Assembly (NCBI GenBank): GCA_963698535.1
Contig: CAVORD010000006.1
Span: 26,881-90,880, forward strand
Direction: 5' to 3'
Length of the DNA: 64,000 nt
Origin: an uncultured Bacteroidales bacterium
GTDB taxonomy: Bacteria; Bacteroidota; Bacteroidia; Bacteroidales; VadinHA17
Under the pieces are notes generated by a model that searched no databases, was not told where the DNA came from, and saw only the letters and a program-made list of their open reading frames with translations. Of this stretch, positions 10,732-20,152 are shown piece by piece. The position numbers were made by a program, and so were the translations under genes. Each line of letters begins with the position of its first letter. Within the stretch, counting starts at the first letter, position 1.

Positions 10732-12543
10732 TTATTTCTTGACAATTTTTCTGGTGACAGATCCGGCAGTGGAGTTAAACTTGACGAAGTAAATTCCACG
10801 AGGCAGGTTCTCAACAGATATTGTTCTCATAGGATTGCCGTCGTTAACAAGATTAACGACCCGTTTTCCGGTTATGTCCATCACCTCCACTGAGCTGAAG
10901 GATTCGATACCTTCCAGTGTCACATGTGATGAAGCGGGAACAGGATAGATCTTCAGCCTCTGAAGCTCCCTGCTGTCGATTGCTGAGCCTACACCTGCGA
11001 TATCCGATACCACCCGTGGTGCAAGCTGAGCTGTACCGTTGAAATCAAGTGCGATTCCGGTAACATTGGCTGCAGCCGGAACAACAGTACCGGTAAAGAT
11101 ATCGTAGAAATCTGTGCGCAGGAGGGTTGAATCACCTGTATTTCCAACGGTATAGTTTTTACCGTTAGTGAAGTTAACACCGGCATCTGCTGCCCTGAAG
11201 CCAAGGTCCATGATCTTAACTACTTCCGACTCATACATATCGAGGTTGGTCTTGAGCTCATTTACTGTAATTACCTGCGGAACAATTGGATTGTTGTTCG
11301 AGGTTGCAGCTCCGGGATCGGCTGTCGGGTGCCACTGAAGCATACCGTTGTACAGTTCAAGGGTTCCGGTTATACCTGTAATACCATCACCAACATTATA
11401 GGTGGTAGTTACTATTCCGGCATTGTCATCTATCAGTATTCCGGCGGTGGCATCCTGAAGATATTTCTTGTTGCGGTATGTCATCTGGGCAGTAAGAACC
11501 AGCTCTCCAAGTACTTTATATTTTCTGTCAAGCTCAGTCTGGGACCTTAGTCCTGCAATACTTGATAGCTGTATAAGTGGATTGAAGAGTATGGTATAGG
11601 TTTTAGTTGTAACGTTATCACTACCCGTAACGGCAATTGTTGTTGTTCTGGCGGTAGCTTTGTCATCCAGCCAGATCAGTAGCATTAGTGATCAACTTGT
11701 TTGCAAGTGGATCGGCTGTTGTGGCTGTAACCAGGGGTACTGAAGTTGCTCCTGCAGGTAGTTCTCAACATAGTGAAGTATTTAACTGGGCTGAAATCAG
11801 CTAGGGTATTCCCATCAACAGTTAAATCTGTTAATGATGCAGTCGGCCACTATCAGCCAATTGAATGTTACCAATGTCCGTTGCTGTACTCAAAACTACC
11901 TGTACTGTTCCAACAGTTTGGTTGGTGAGAGTTCTTACCTCAACCTTTGTTATTGTTATTCCAGAAGGACAGCTATAGCAGCACCCCCGGTTGGTGCAAG
12001 GTCTGAAGAAGAAGCGTCCATATCAGGTTTGTCCCTGCAAAGGCCGACTAACATATTTTACGGATAGAGGTGTTGTAGCATCAGCTATCAAAGTTCCGGA
12101 CAATGTCATAAGAACTTGTGATTTCAGTAGCAGCAGGAAGTGCAAGAGTTTTGAAATTAGATGGGTAAGTTGGCCCTGAATCTGTCCCTGTAACTGGCCG
12201 CAGTCGTTGTATTTGTTCCCCTTTGAAAAGGAATCCAAAAGGTGGATGAAGTCATTGGTGTACCTAAAGCAAGTGGACCGATTTGAATAACTAGTTGATG
12301 TTATGTAGTGTGTTAGAAACGGCATCCAACAGTTTGTACTGAGTTGTTCCATTATATAACCGGTAACGAACATCATTTGTCGTATAGTTGCTGAGTGTTA
12401 TCAAAACTGCACTATTGGATTGATCTGAAGATATTTCAATGTGCTGAGGCCTACTCAGAACTTCAACAGTTTGGACTTTGGATATTTGACTGATGATAAT
12501 AGTGCAATAAGGCATAAAAACAATTGAGTAAAACTTCTTTCAT
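10732..12543 (-). CDS. T9SS-secreted multidomain protein (cadherin-like beta-sandwich + OB-fold + CTD); 5' half broken by many indels
   Basis: The intact 3' ORF 10732..11685 has YLQDATAGILI OB-fold and a CTD (LKIYPVPA...DITGKRV...LPRGIYFVK...RKIVKK). Upstream frames give fragments such as VDGNTLADFSPVKYF and TSVPLVTATTADPLA; probable start ATG at 12543. Confidence 0.6.
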
Positions 12544-12790
12544 AGGCTTAGTTATTAAGGTGGGTATTCAGGTTTGCTAATTTTAACTTTTTAAGAGCCA
12601 TCAATTTCGGCCATTTATTGCAAAAATTCAAATTTTTTGACCCATACTTTCCCGTTTATTATTCATAAGAGTGCTCTTTTTGTAAACAACTTTTGAACAT
12701 AAGCGTTTTAGTAAAACCTCTCTCAGTTCATTTCATCTGAAAAGTTTAACTTTGAGAGTAGTAGTTATTTGTCTCTAAATCATTATTGTC

Positions 12791-14027
12791 ATGAGAAAAG
12801 CATTCCCTTTCCTGAAGATCATACCGGCAGTTGCACTGCTCTTTTCAATAACCCTGTTAAACTCCTGTAAAAAGGATGACAATGGTCCCGATTACAAGAT
12901 CGTGGTCTTCACAGAGAAGGTAACAACCCTCTCTGAGGAATATATCGGTGGAGTACTGGGCACTATCTCGGTCTCTTTCCCTGAGGCCGGACAGCTGACA
13001 CCCCTCGTCGGCGATGATGTTAATGTCTACAGGATGGTTTACAAGAGCAGTATTGAAGATATTGAGTATGAGGCATCCGGACTGGTTTGTATGCCTGCAA
13101 CAAAAGGGGCATACCCTGTACTCTGTTTCCTTAACGGCACCAACACACTTAACTCCGATGCGCCCAGCAACAACCCTACATCATTCTCATACCAGATGGT
13201 GGAGAGTGTGGCCTCAATGGGGTTCATAGTAGTTATTCCCGATTATCCCGGCTTTGGTGCCTCGTCCGATATTATGCATCCATATCTCATAAAAGAGCCT
13301 ACGGTACAATCGGTGGTGGATATGATCAGGGCCGCCGGTGAGTTTACTGAAAAGGGTATTAAGGGATATGAGATGGAGAAGGATCTTTACTTCTATGGAT
13401 ACTCACAGGGCGGCTGGGCAGCTCTTACAATGCACAAGGCTATCGAAACATCATACAGTACCGAGTTCACACTTAAGGGAAGCGCCTGTGGATCAGGCGC
13501 ATACGATCTTGGATTTATCAACAGCGAATTCCTTGAGCATACAACCTATCCTTCACCGATGTATATCGCTTATATTGCTCAGGCATATAAGTCCTATGGT
13601 GAGACAACCTTACCGCTTTCATCGATGTTCAAGGAGCCTTATGCTACGCTCATACCATCTCTTTTTGACGGACTCCATTCAGCCGGTCAGATAAACAGTG
13701 CCCTTACTACCACTGTTGCCAATCTTGTTACTGCAAACTATTTGAGCAACTACGAGGGGGTGGAATTCTCCGGGGTGCGGAGTGCGCTGCTAAACAACAG
13801 TGTGATCAGCATGGAACACCATGAAGCCGGTGAAACTGTTCCACGGAGGAGCCGACGATCAGGTATTTACGGATGGGACAACACAGATGTATGATGCTAT
13901 GATCACAGCCGGGTCTTCAACGGAAACTGTGAAGATGGAGATCCTTCCCGGACTGGATCACTCTACTGCTCTTATTCCGGTATCGGTGCGATCGCTTCTT
14001 TTCCTGAACAACCTTCGTAATAATTGA
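12791..14027 (+). CDS. Secretory lipase-family alpha/beta hydrolase lipoprotein (frameshift near 13810)
   Basis: Lipobox LLNSC, PDYPGFG, nucleophile elbow GYSQGG; C-terminal ORF 13821..14027 carries FHGGADDQV (Asp) and GLDHST (His). TAACTTTG -7 box at 12747-12754. Confidence 0.82.
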
Positions 14028-14028
14028 T

Positions 14029-14059
14029 TTTGGATCATTGATCACGCTGCCTATCTTTG
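14029..14059 (+). promoter_or_regulatory. Bacteroidota sigma-A promoter for rlmD operon
   Basis: TTTG 14029-14032, 19-bp spacer, TATCTTTG 14052-14059. Confidence 0.7.
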
Positions 14060-14075
14060 CCTGAAATAGCAGAAG

Positions 14076-15482
14076 GTGGGCAGAAAGAAAAGTTTACCCT
14101 TACTTGAGAGGGTTGAGATAACAGGAATAGGTGCAGAGGGCAATGCCTTTGCCAGAGTCGATGATATGGTGGTCTTCGTGCCCGGACTTATACCCGGCGA
14201 CATAGCCGACCTGCAGGTGGTGAGGAAGAGGCGCCGCTTTATGGAGGCGAGGGTAGTGAAGTTCCATGAATACAGCACTCTCAGAACAGATCCTGTCTGC
14301 AACCATTTTGGAGTATGTGGCGGATGCCGCTGGCAGCACCTTCCCTATGAAGAACAGCTGAAGTTCAAGGCACAGCAGGTGACCGATAATCTTACCCGTA
14401 TCGGTAAGGTCGATCTTCCGGTGATAAAGCCTATACTGGGATCAGAGAACATCTATAACTATCGCAATAAGCTTGAGTACACCTTCTCCAACAGGCGCTG
14501 GCTGACGCAGGAGGAGATAAGCAGTGATGTTACCGATATGGTTAAAGAGGGTGTGGGATTCCATATTCCCGGACTATTCGATAAGGTTGTTGATGTCGAA
14601 AAATGCCATCTTCAGGCTGAACCTACAAATGAGATAAGAAATTTTGTGAGGCAGTTCACTCTCAGTAATAAGATGTCATTTTTTGATATCAGAGAGCAAC
14701 ACGGACTGCTCAGAAACCTGATCGTAAGGAATACCACCACCGGCGGACTGATGGTTATTGTTGTCTTCTTTGAGTATGATGCTGATAGCATTGGCCTTCT
14801 GATGAATGCCATTGCAGAGGCTTTCCCCTCAATCACGTCACTCTTCTATATCGTTAACAGCAAGAGGAACGACTCACTCACCGACCAGGAACCTGTTTTA
14901 TGGAGCGGGGATGAATTCATTACCGAAAAGATGGATGATCTCAGTTTCCGGATCGGTCCCAAGTCCTTTTTTCAGACCAACAGTCAGCAAGCTCTTAACC
15001 TATACCGCATCGTAAAGGAATATGCTTCCCTCAAAGGAACAGAAACTGTTTATGACCTCTATACGGGAACAGGTACCATAGCATTATACATTGCAAATGA
15101 AGCCTCAAGGGTAATAGGACTGGAATATGTGCCTGAGGCTGTGGAGGATGCGGTAATAAATATGGGTCTTAACAATATTAAAAACGCCTCGTTCTATTCG
15201 GGTGATATAAAGGACCTTCTCACCCCCGGATTTTTTGAAAGACACGGGAGTCCCGATGTAATAATAACCGATCCGCCACGGGCAGGGATGCATGAAAACG
15301 TTGTTAAAGCGATACTCGATGCTGCACCGGAAAGAGTGGTCTACGTTAGTTGCAATCCCGCCACTCAGGCACGTGACATATCACTGTTATCAGAGAAATA
15401 CCGCGTCGAAGCTGTTCAGCCTGTTGATATGTTCCCCCACACCAACCATATAGAAAACGTAGCCCTCCTTATCAGGATCTGA
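14076..15482 (+). CDS. rlmD: 23S rRNA (uracil-1939-C5)-methyltransferase
   Basis: TRAM domain, CNHFGVCGGCRWQH Fe-S motif, YRNKLEY, SFFQTN, DLYTGTGTI, TDPPRAG, YVSCNPATQARD, DMFPHTNHIE. Confidence 0.95.
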   Translation: MGRKKSLPLLERVEITGIGAEGNAFARVDDMVVFVPGLIPGDIADLQVVRKRRRFMEARVVKFHEYSTLRTDPVCNHFGVCGGCRWQHLPYEEQLKFKAQQVTDNLTRIGKVDLPVIKPILGSENIYNYRNKLEYTFSNRRWLTQEEISSDVTDMVKEGVGFHIPGLFDKVVDVEKCHLQAEPTNEIRNFVRQFTLSNKMSFFDIREQHGLLRNLIVRNTTTGGLMVIVVFFEYDADSIGLLMNAIAEAFPSITSLFYIVNSKRNDSLTDQEPVLWSGDEFITEKMDDLSFRIGPKSFFQTNSQQALNLYRIVKEYASLKGTETVYDLYTGTGTIALYIANEASRVIGLEYVPEAVEDAVINMGLNNIKNASFYSGDIKDLLTPGFFERHGSPDVIITDPPRAGMHENVVKAILDAAPERVVYVSCNPATQARDISLLSEKYRVEAVQPVDMFPHTNHIENVALLIRI

Positions 15483-15553
15483 CAGGTCTCAGTGCTGTCA
15501 TCGGGAGCACTTTATTGAAATTTAATGTATATTTATTCCCATCTAAAGCAGTG

Positions 15554-16366
15554 ATGGGGAAACAAACGTCATTATCTGAGTCAAAGGCTGTCGTTGTACC
15601 AAAGGGCAGAGAGGACCATAACGCCAGTCTGAGATATGCGGGCATGATCCAGAATGCCATGTTCCCTGACAAGGAACTGCTGGGAAGCTGGTTTAATGAG
15701 CATTTTGTACTGTTCCTCCCCCGCGATATTGTTAGCGGCGATTTTTATTATGCCAGCCGTACAAAAGAGTACCTGGCGGTAGCCGTTGGCGATGCCACAG
15801 GTCATGGGGTGCCGGGGGCGCTGCTCAGTATTCTGGGAGTTAGCTTCCTGAACGAGATAATACAATACAGAAATACACCCAGGGCAAACAGGGCTTTGAA
15901 TCTAATGAGAGAAAGGGCTATGAAGGCGCTGAGGCAGACAGGTCAGGCATCTGAAACAAAAGACAGTATTGACATCGGTCTCTGCCTCTACGAATGTGGA
16001 AGCAATGAACTGCAGTTTGCCGGGGCCAATCGTCCTTTAATACTGATAAGGGACGGCTTACTGATAGAATATAAACCCGATAAGATGCCTATTGGCATTG
16101 CTCCTGCGAAGGAGACGGCATTCACAAACAATATCATTCAGACGAGACCGGGAGATATATACTACCTTTTCTCCGACGGCTTTCCTGATCAGTTTGGAGG
16201 GAAGTATGACAAGAAATATAAGTATGGCCGGTTCCGTGACCTGCTGATGAGGGTTAGCAGTTTGCCACTCGATAAGCAAAAGGAGCAGATGGAGAAGGAA
16301 CTGCTGCAGTGGAAAGGCAAAGAGAAGCAGGTGGACGATATTCTCGTTTTAGGATTTAAATTCTGA
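15554..16366 (+). CDS. Stand-alone SpoIIE/RsbU-type PP2C Ser/Thr phosphatase
   Basis: PRDIVSGDFY, GDATGHGVPGA, FAGANRP, FSDGFPDQFGG and QVDDIL motifs; no sensor domain; ATG at 15554 preferred over TTG at 15515. Confidence 0.88.
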   Translation: MGKQTSLSESKAVVVPKGREDHNASLRYAGMIQNAMFPDKELLGSWFNEHFVLFLPRDIVSGDFYYASRTKEYLAVAVGDATGHGVPGALLSILGVSFLNEIIQYRNTPRANRALNLMRERAMKALRQTGQASETKDSIDIGLCLYECGSNELQFAGANRPLILIRDGLLIEYKPDKMPIGIAPAKETAFTNNIIQTRPGDIYYLFSDGFPDQFGGKYDKKYKYGRFRDLLMRVSSLPLDKQKEQMEKELLQWKGKEKQVDDILVLGFKF

Positions 16367-16373
16367 TCATAAT

Positions 16374-18650
16374 ATGAAAATTACATCTTTCAGGATACGC
16401 AACTTCAGATCTATTACAGATACAGGCTGGCAGTCATTATCGCCTGATAATATCACCTGCCTCATTGGTCAGAATGAATCAGGCAAGACCTCTGTACTGG
16501 AGGCACTGAGTCTTTTTCATACAGGGGAGATTAATGAAGATGTGCTTCGTAGCGACCTCTCCATGCCTGAGGTAAGCTGCCGCTTTGCTACGGCACCCGG
16601 ATTGCTGGCAGGTATTACCGATCATGCCCCTAAAGAATTGATGAAATTCCTGAAAGAGTCTGATACCCTTGAGTTGAAAAGATCGTGGCGACCCGATTTC
16701 TCATCTTTTATTGAAGTGGCAGGAGATATTGGCAGGATGATCGGAGACAGGTACGAGGAGAGGAAAAAAGTACTTAATGAGATAACGGCCAGGATAAGTA
16801 AAGCCAGGGATGAGGGTGCCGAAATGGCCGACAGGCTTAAGGAGCTTGAAGTCAGGGTAAGAGAGTGGGAAGAGAATAATCCCGACTACTCCGGCGGGGG
16901 ATTGAGACTATTCCGAAAGAGAGCAAGCGCCCGTGCAATAGTGGAGTCCTCAGAAGATGGAGAAGAGGTAAGCATCAAGGAATTAAAAGCTGAGATCGCT
17001 TCCCTGAAAAGCACCCTCGAATCAAGGAACGAGATAAAGAGAGCTATTGATAAATGGTATTCACAGGTGCAGGAATTATCGGCTGTTGATGATAAACTAA
17101 GTAATGTGAACCTGAGGCTCGAAGAGCGTCATCAGAAAATGACACTTCTCCTCAGCAGCAGAGAAGAGTTCAGCGATGAGGATTGGAGGGGTGTTCTGAA
17201 TGAGTACAAGACACTCAACCAGAAAAGAACCGACGTGTCGCTCAGCCTTGAGAGGCAAACGCTGATTGCTGGATTTATTATTGATGGAGATGGTGCGGAG
17301 CGGGCAGAGAGCAAGGCCGACAAAGTGATGAAGGATTATATGAACGAGCCCGACAGTGCAAGCCTGGGAGAAAAATACTCTGAGTATGCACCTGCTTTTG
17401 AGTTGTTTGAGGATTTTGGCAGTCTTCTTCCCAACAGGGTTGACCTGGAAGATATAATTACGGGAAACCAGCATGTTGAAGGATATAAGGCAGCAAAGAA
17501 CTTTCTGACCATTGCAAATCTGAACCATACCTTTTTTCAGCAGCCTTCATCGCGCATACTCAAGCAGAAGATCGAAAATGTTAATCAGCTGCTAACCAAT
17601 AATTTTCAGGATTTCTGGCAGCAGTCGGTGGGCAGAAACAATAAGATCAAGATCCAGTTTGAACTCGATCATTACAATGCAACATATGGGGATAAGGCAG
17701 GTAAGCCTTTTCTCGAATTCTGGATCAAGGATGAAGGGGAGAGGCTCTATCCCAAGCAGAGAAGCAGGGGTGTGAGATGGTTCCTCTCCTTCTACCTCGA
17801 GCTCAGGGCATCGGCTTCAACGGGAGGCAGACCACTGGTGCTGCTTGTTGATGAGCCGGGCGTTAGCCTTCATGCCAGGGCACAGGAAGATGTACTGAGG
17901 GTATTTGAAGATATAAAAGACAGGATACAGGTTATTTATACCACTCATTCACCTCATCTCGTGGATGTTAACAAACTACACAGGGTGCTGGCTGTGCAGC
18001 GCGACGACACTGAAAATCACCGAAGTACAACAAGGATTATTGAGCCGATGCACCTCTCTTCGGCCAGTCCCGACACGCTTACTCCCCTGCAGAGCATAAT
18101 GGGCAACACCGCTGTTACCGAAGGCTATTCGTCGAGAAGACTGAACCTGGTAATTAATGATATTGGCTCTTTCTATGTGTTAACCTCAATACTATCCCTT
18201 ACAGGCAATGAAGGGAAGATCAACCTGATACCTTCTACCGAGGTCGATTCGATACCATTGCTTTGCAATATATTGCTGGGATGGGGACTTGGCTTCTCAG
18301 TACTTCTCTTTTCCAATCCGGAGGAGGCGAAGATAGGGGAGAAACTAAAACAGAATATGTTCAGAACGGCTGTTACCGACTATGACATAGTTATACAGGC
18401 CGGAGAGAATTTCATCAACGCAGAGGATCTTCTTTCAACACTCGATTTTAAGAGGCATGTTCTCGAGACACGGGAGGGCATTACCATGCCTAACTCCAGC
18501 TATATGAAAGACAAGGAGTTGCCGAGAAATTTCATGCTCAGCCGCTTTCTTGAGAAGGTAAAAGAGGGAAAACTCAAACTGAAGGATTTTGATGAGGAGT
18601 CGGTTGAGAATTTCAATCATTTTACTGAGACGATAACGGTTCTTAAATAA
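16374..18650 (+). CDS. OLD-family-like ABC/AAA ATPase with coiled-coil insertion and degenerate TOPRIM-like C-terminus
   Basis: MKITSFRIRNFRSI, Walker A GQNESGKT, long helical insert, QRSRGVRWFLSF signature, Walker B LLVDEPG, H-loop YTTHSP; C-terminal region lacks canonical EG and DxD. Confidence 0.78.
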   Translation: MKITSFRIRNFRSITDTGWQSLSPDNITCLIGQNESGKTSVLEALSLFHTGEINEDVLRSDLSMPEVSCRFATAPGLLAGITDHAPKELMKFLKESDTLELKRSWRPDFSSFIEVAGDIGRMIGDRYEERKKVLNEITARISKARDEGAEMADRLKELEVRVREWEENNPDYSGGGLRLFRKRASARAIVESSEDGEEVSIKELKAEIASLKSTLESRNEIKRAIDKWYSQVQELSAVDDKLSNVNLRLEERHQKMTLLLSSREEFSDEDWRGVLNEYKTLNQKRTDVSLSLERQTLIAGFIIDGDGAERAESKADKVMKDYMNEPDSASLGEKYSEYAPAFELFEDFGSLLPNRVDLEDIITGNQHVEGYKAAKNFLTIANLNHTFFQQPSSRILKQKIENVNQLLTNNFQDFWQQSVGRNNKIKIQFELDHYNATYGDKAGKPFLEFWIKDEGERLYPKQRSRGVRWFLSFYLELRASASTGGRPLVLLVDEPGVSLHARAQEDVLRVFEDIKDRIQVIYTTHSPHLVDVNKLHRVLAVQRDDTENHRSTTRIIEPMHLSSASPDTLTPLQSIMGNTAVTEGYSSRRLNLVINDIGSFYVLTSILSLTGNEGKINLIPSTEVDSIPLLCNILLGWGLGFSVLLFSNPEEAKIGEKLKQNMFRTAVTDYDIVIQAGENFINAEDLLSTLDFKRHVLETREGITMPNSSYMKDKELPRNFMLSRFLEKVKEGKLKLKDFDEESVENFNHFTETITVLK

Positions 18651-18662
18651 TAGGGTAAAATT

Positions 18663-18692
18663 TTTGTTTATAGTTTCTATTTTATATTTTTG
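18663..18692 (+). promoter_or_regulatory. sigma-A promoter upstream of tRNA-Ser leader
   Basis: TTTG 18663-18666 and TATTTTTG 18685-18692. Confidence 0.6.
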
Positions 18693-18803
18693 CCTCGCTT
18701 TCCGGGCGGCTCTTGAAGAGAGAATATGCACCTCAACGTAGGTTAAATGGATGTTGACCGGTCGGGATATCCGGAATTTTAGATTGAATGTTCTTTAGAT
18801 ATT

Positions 18804-18891
<88 letters not shown>

Positions 18892-18901
18892 AAAACAAAC
18901 C

Positions 18902-18925
18902 AACCCCGCGTCAGCGGGGTTTTTT
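18902..18925 (+). terminator. Intrinsic terminator after tRNA-Ser
   Basis: AACCCCGC-gtca-GCGGGGTT followed by a T-run. Confidence 0.8.
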
Positions 18926-18984
18926 ATTTCATGCGAGCAGGGAGGAAGCTTGCTTACTCCCGTGCGAGTATGGAATAAAAGCGG

Positions 18985-19838
18985 CCCGCCAGGGTTGGTT
19001 TGTTTTGCTTGGATCACCCCACAGGGATCACGACCTGAGCGAAGCGAAGGGCGTAATCCCGGGTCACGAACCCCCTCCCAACCGGTTTATCACCGGTTGG
19101 ACTCCCCCTAATTCTTAGGGGGAGATAATAGTATCTGTACCAAAAAATACTGCCTCACCGACGAAGTAGAAATAAAATACCCCGCCAGGGTTGGTTTGTT
19201 TTGCTTGGATCACCCCACAGGGATCACGTCCTGAGCGGAGCGAAGGGCGTAATCCCGGGTCACGAACCCCCTCCCAACCGGTTTATCACCGGTTGGACTC
19301 CCCCTAATTCTTAGGGGGAGATAATAGTATCTGTACCAAAAAATACTGCCTCACCGACGAAGTAGAAATAAAATACCCCGCCAGGGTTGGTTTGTTTTGC
19401 TTGGATCACCCCAAAGGGATCACGATCCTGAGCGGAGCGAAGGGCGTAATCCCTGGTCATCGAACCCCCTGCCCAACCGGTTTATCACCGGTTGGACTCC
19501 CCCTAATTCTTAGGGGGAGATAATAGTATCTGTACCAATAAAATACTGCCTCACCGACGAAGTAGAAATAAAATACCCCGCCAGGGTTGGTTTGTTTTGC
19601 TTGGATCACCCCAAAGGGATCACGATCCGAGAGAGGAGCGAAGGGCGTAATCCTGGGTCACGAACCCTCTGCCTCAGACCGGTTGCATCACCGGTTGGAC
19701 TCCCCCTAATTCTTAGGAGGGAGATAATTGTATCTGTACCAAAAAATACTGCCTCACCGACGAAGTAGAAATAAAATACCCTGCCAGGGTAGGTTTGTTT
19801 TGCAGTGGATCACCCACAAAGGGATCACGATCCGAGAG
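18985..19838 (+). repeat. Tandem array, ~4.3 copies of a 196-203-bp unit downstream of tRNA-Ser
   Basis: Unit starts at 18985, 19181, 19377, 19577 and ~19780. Each full unit has hairpins CCAACCGGT-ttatc-ACCGGTTGG and CTCCCCCTAA-ttc-TTAGGGGGAG; distal copies carry more indels. Confidence 0.95.
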
Positions 19839-19844
19839 AAATGC

Positions 19845-19981
19845 AGTGACCTGCAACCCGCCTTCGCCTTTCAGGCTACGGACGGGCAGGCCTGCAACTT
19901 GCACCCAGCACCTGGCACCATTTATTACCCACCCCCACCTCCCGCCCATTGCGGGACAGGCTCTCCCATGAGGGGATTTAA
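19845..19981 (-). repeat. REP-like dispersed repeat (copy 2, inverted) plus heptamer tract with nested 34-bp hairpin
   Basis: The minus strand reads AAATCCCCTCATGGGAGAGCCTGTCCCGCAATGGGCGGGAGGTGGGGGTGGGT, then heptamers (GTGCCAG GTGCTGG GTGCAAG TTGCAGG) interrupted by CCTGCCCGTCCGTAGCCTGAAAGGCGAAGGCGGG. Confidence 0.75.
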
Positions 19982-20152
19982 ATACACTACTCCTGGATAA
20001 CTGCTTTCGATCCTCTGCCAATAACTATATAGTTAACTCAGTATTTAAATATGTAATTAAATATGTAGTTAATTATGTAGTTATTATATTCAGCATTACC
20101 TCCCCGTACCCATTCCTCTTTTTTATATCTTAGCATCCATAAAATATATATC

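Noticed and set aside
18697-18800. Calling the tRNA-Ser leader a 6S RNA
   Set aside because: It is too short and I cannot match it to a 6S consensus by eye; kept only as an unassigned candidate.
18985-19838. Possible CRISPR array (also considered for 45378-45955)
   Set aside because: Units are 196 and 111 bp and homologous along their whole length; there are no unique spacers and no cas genes.
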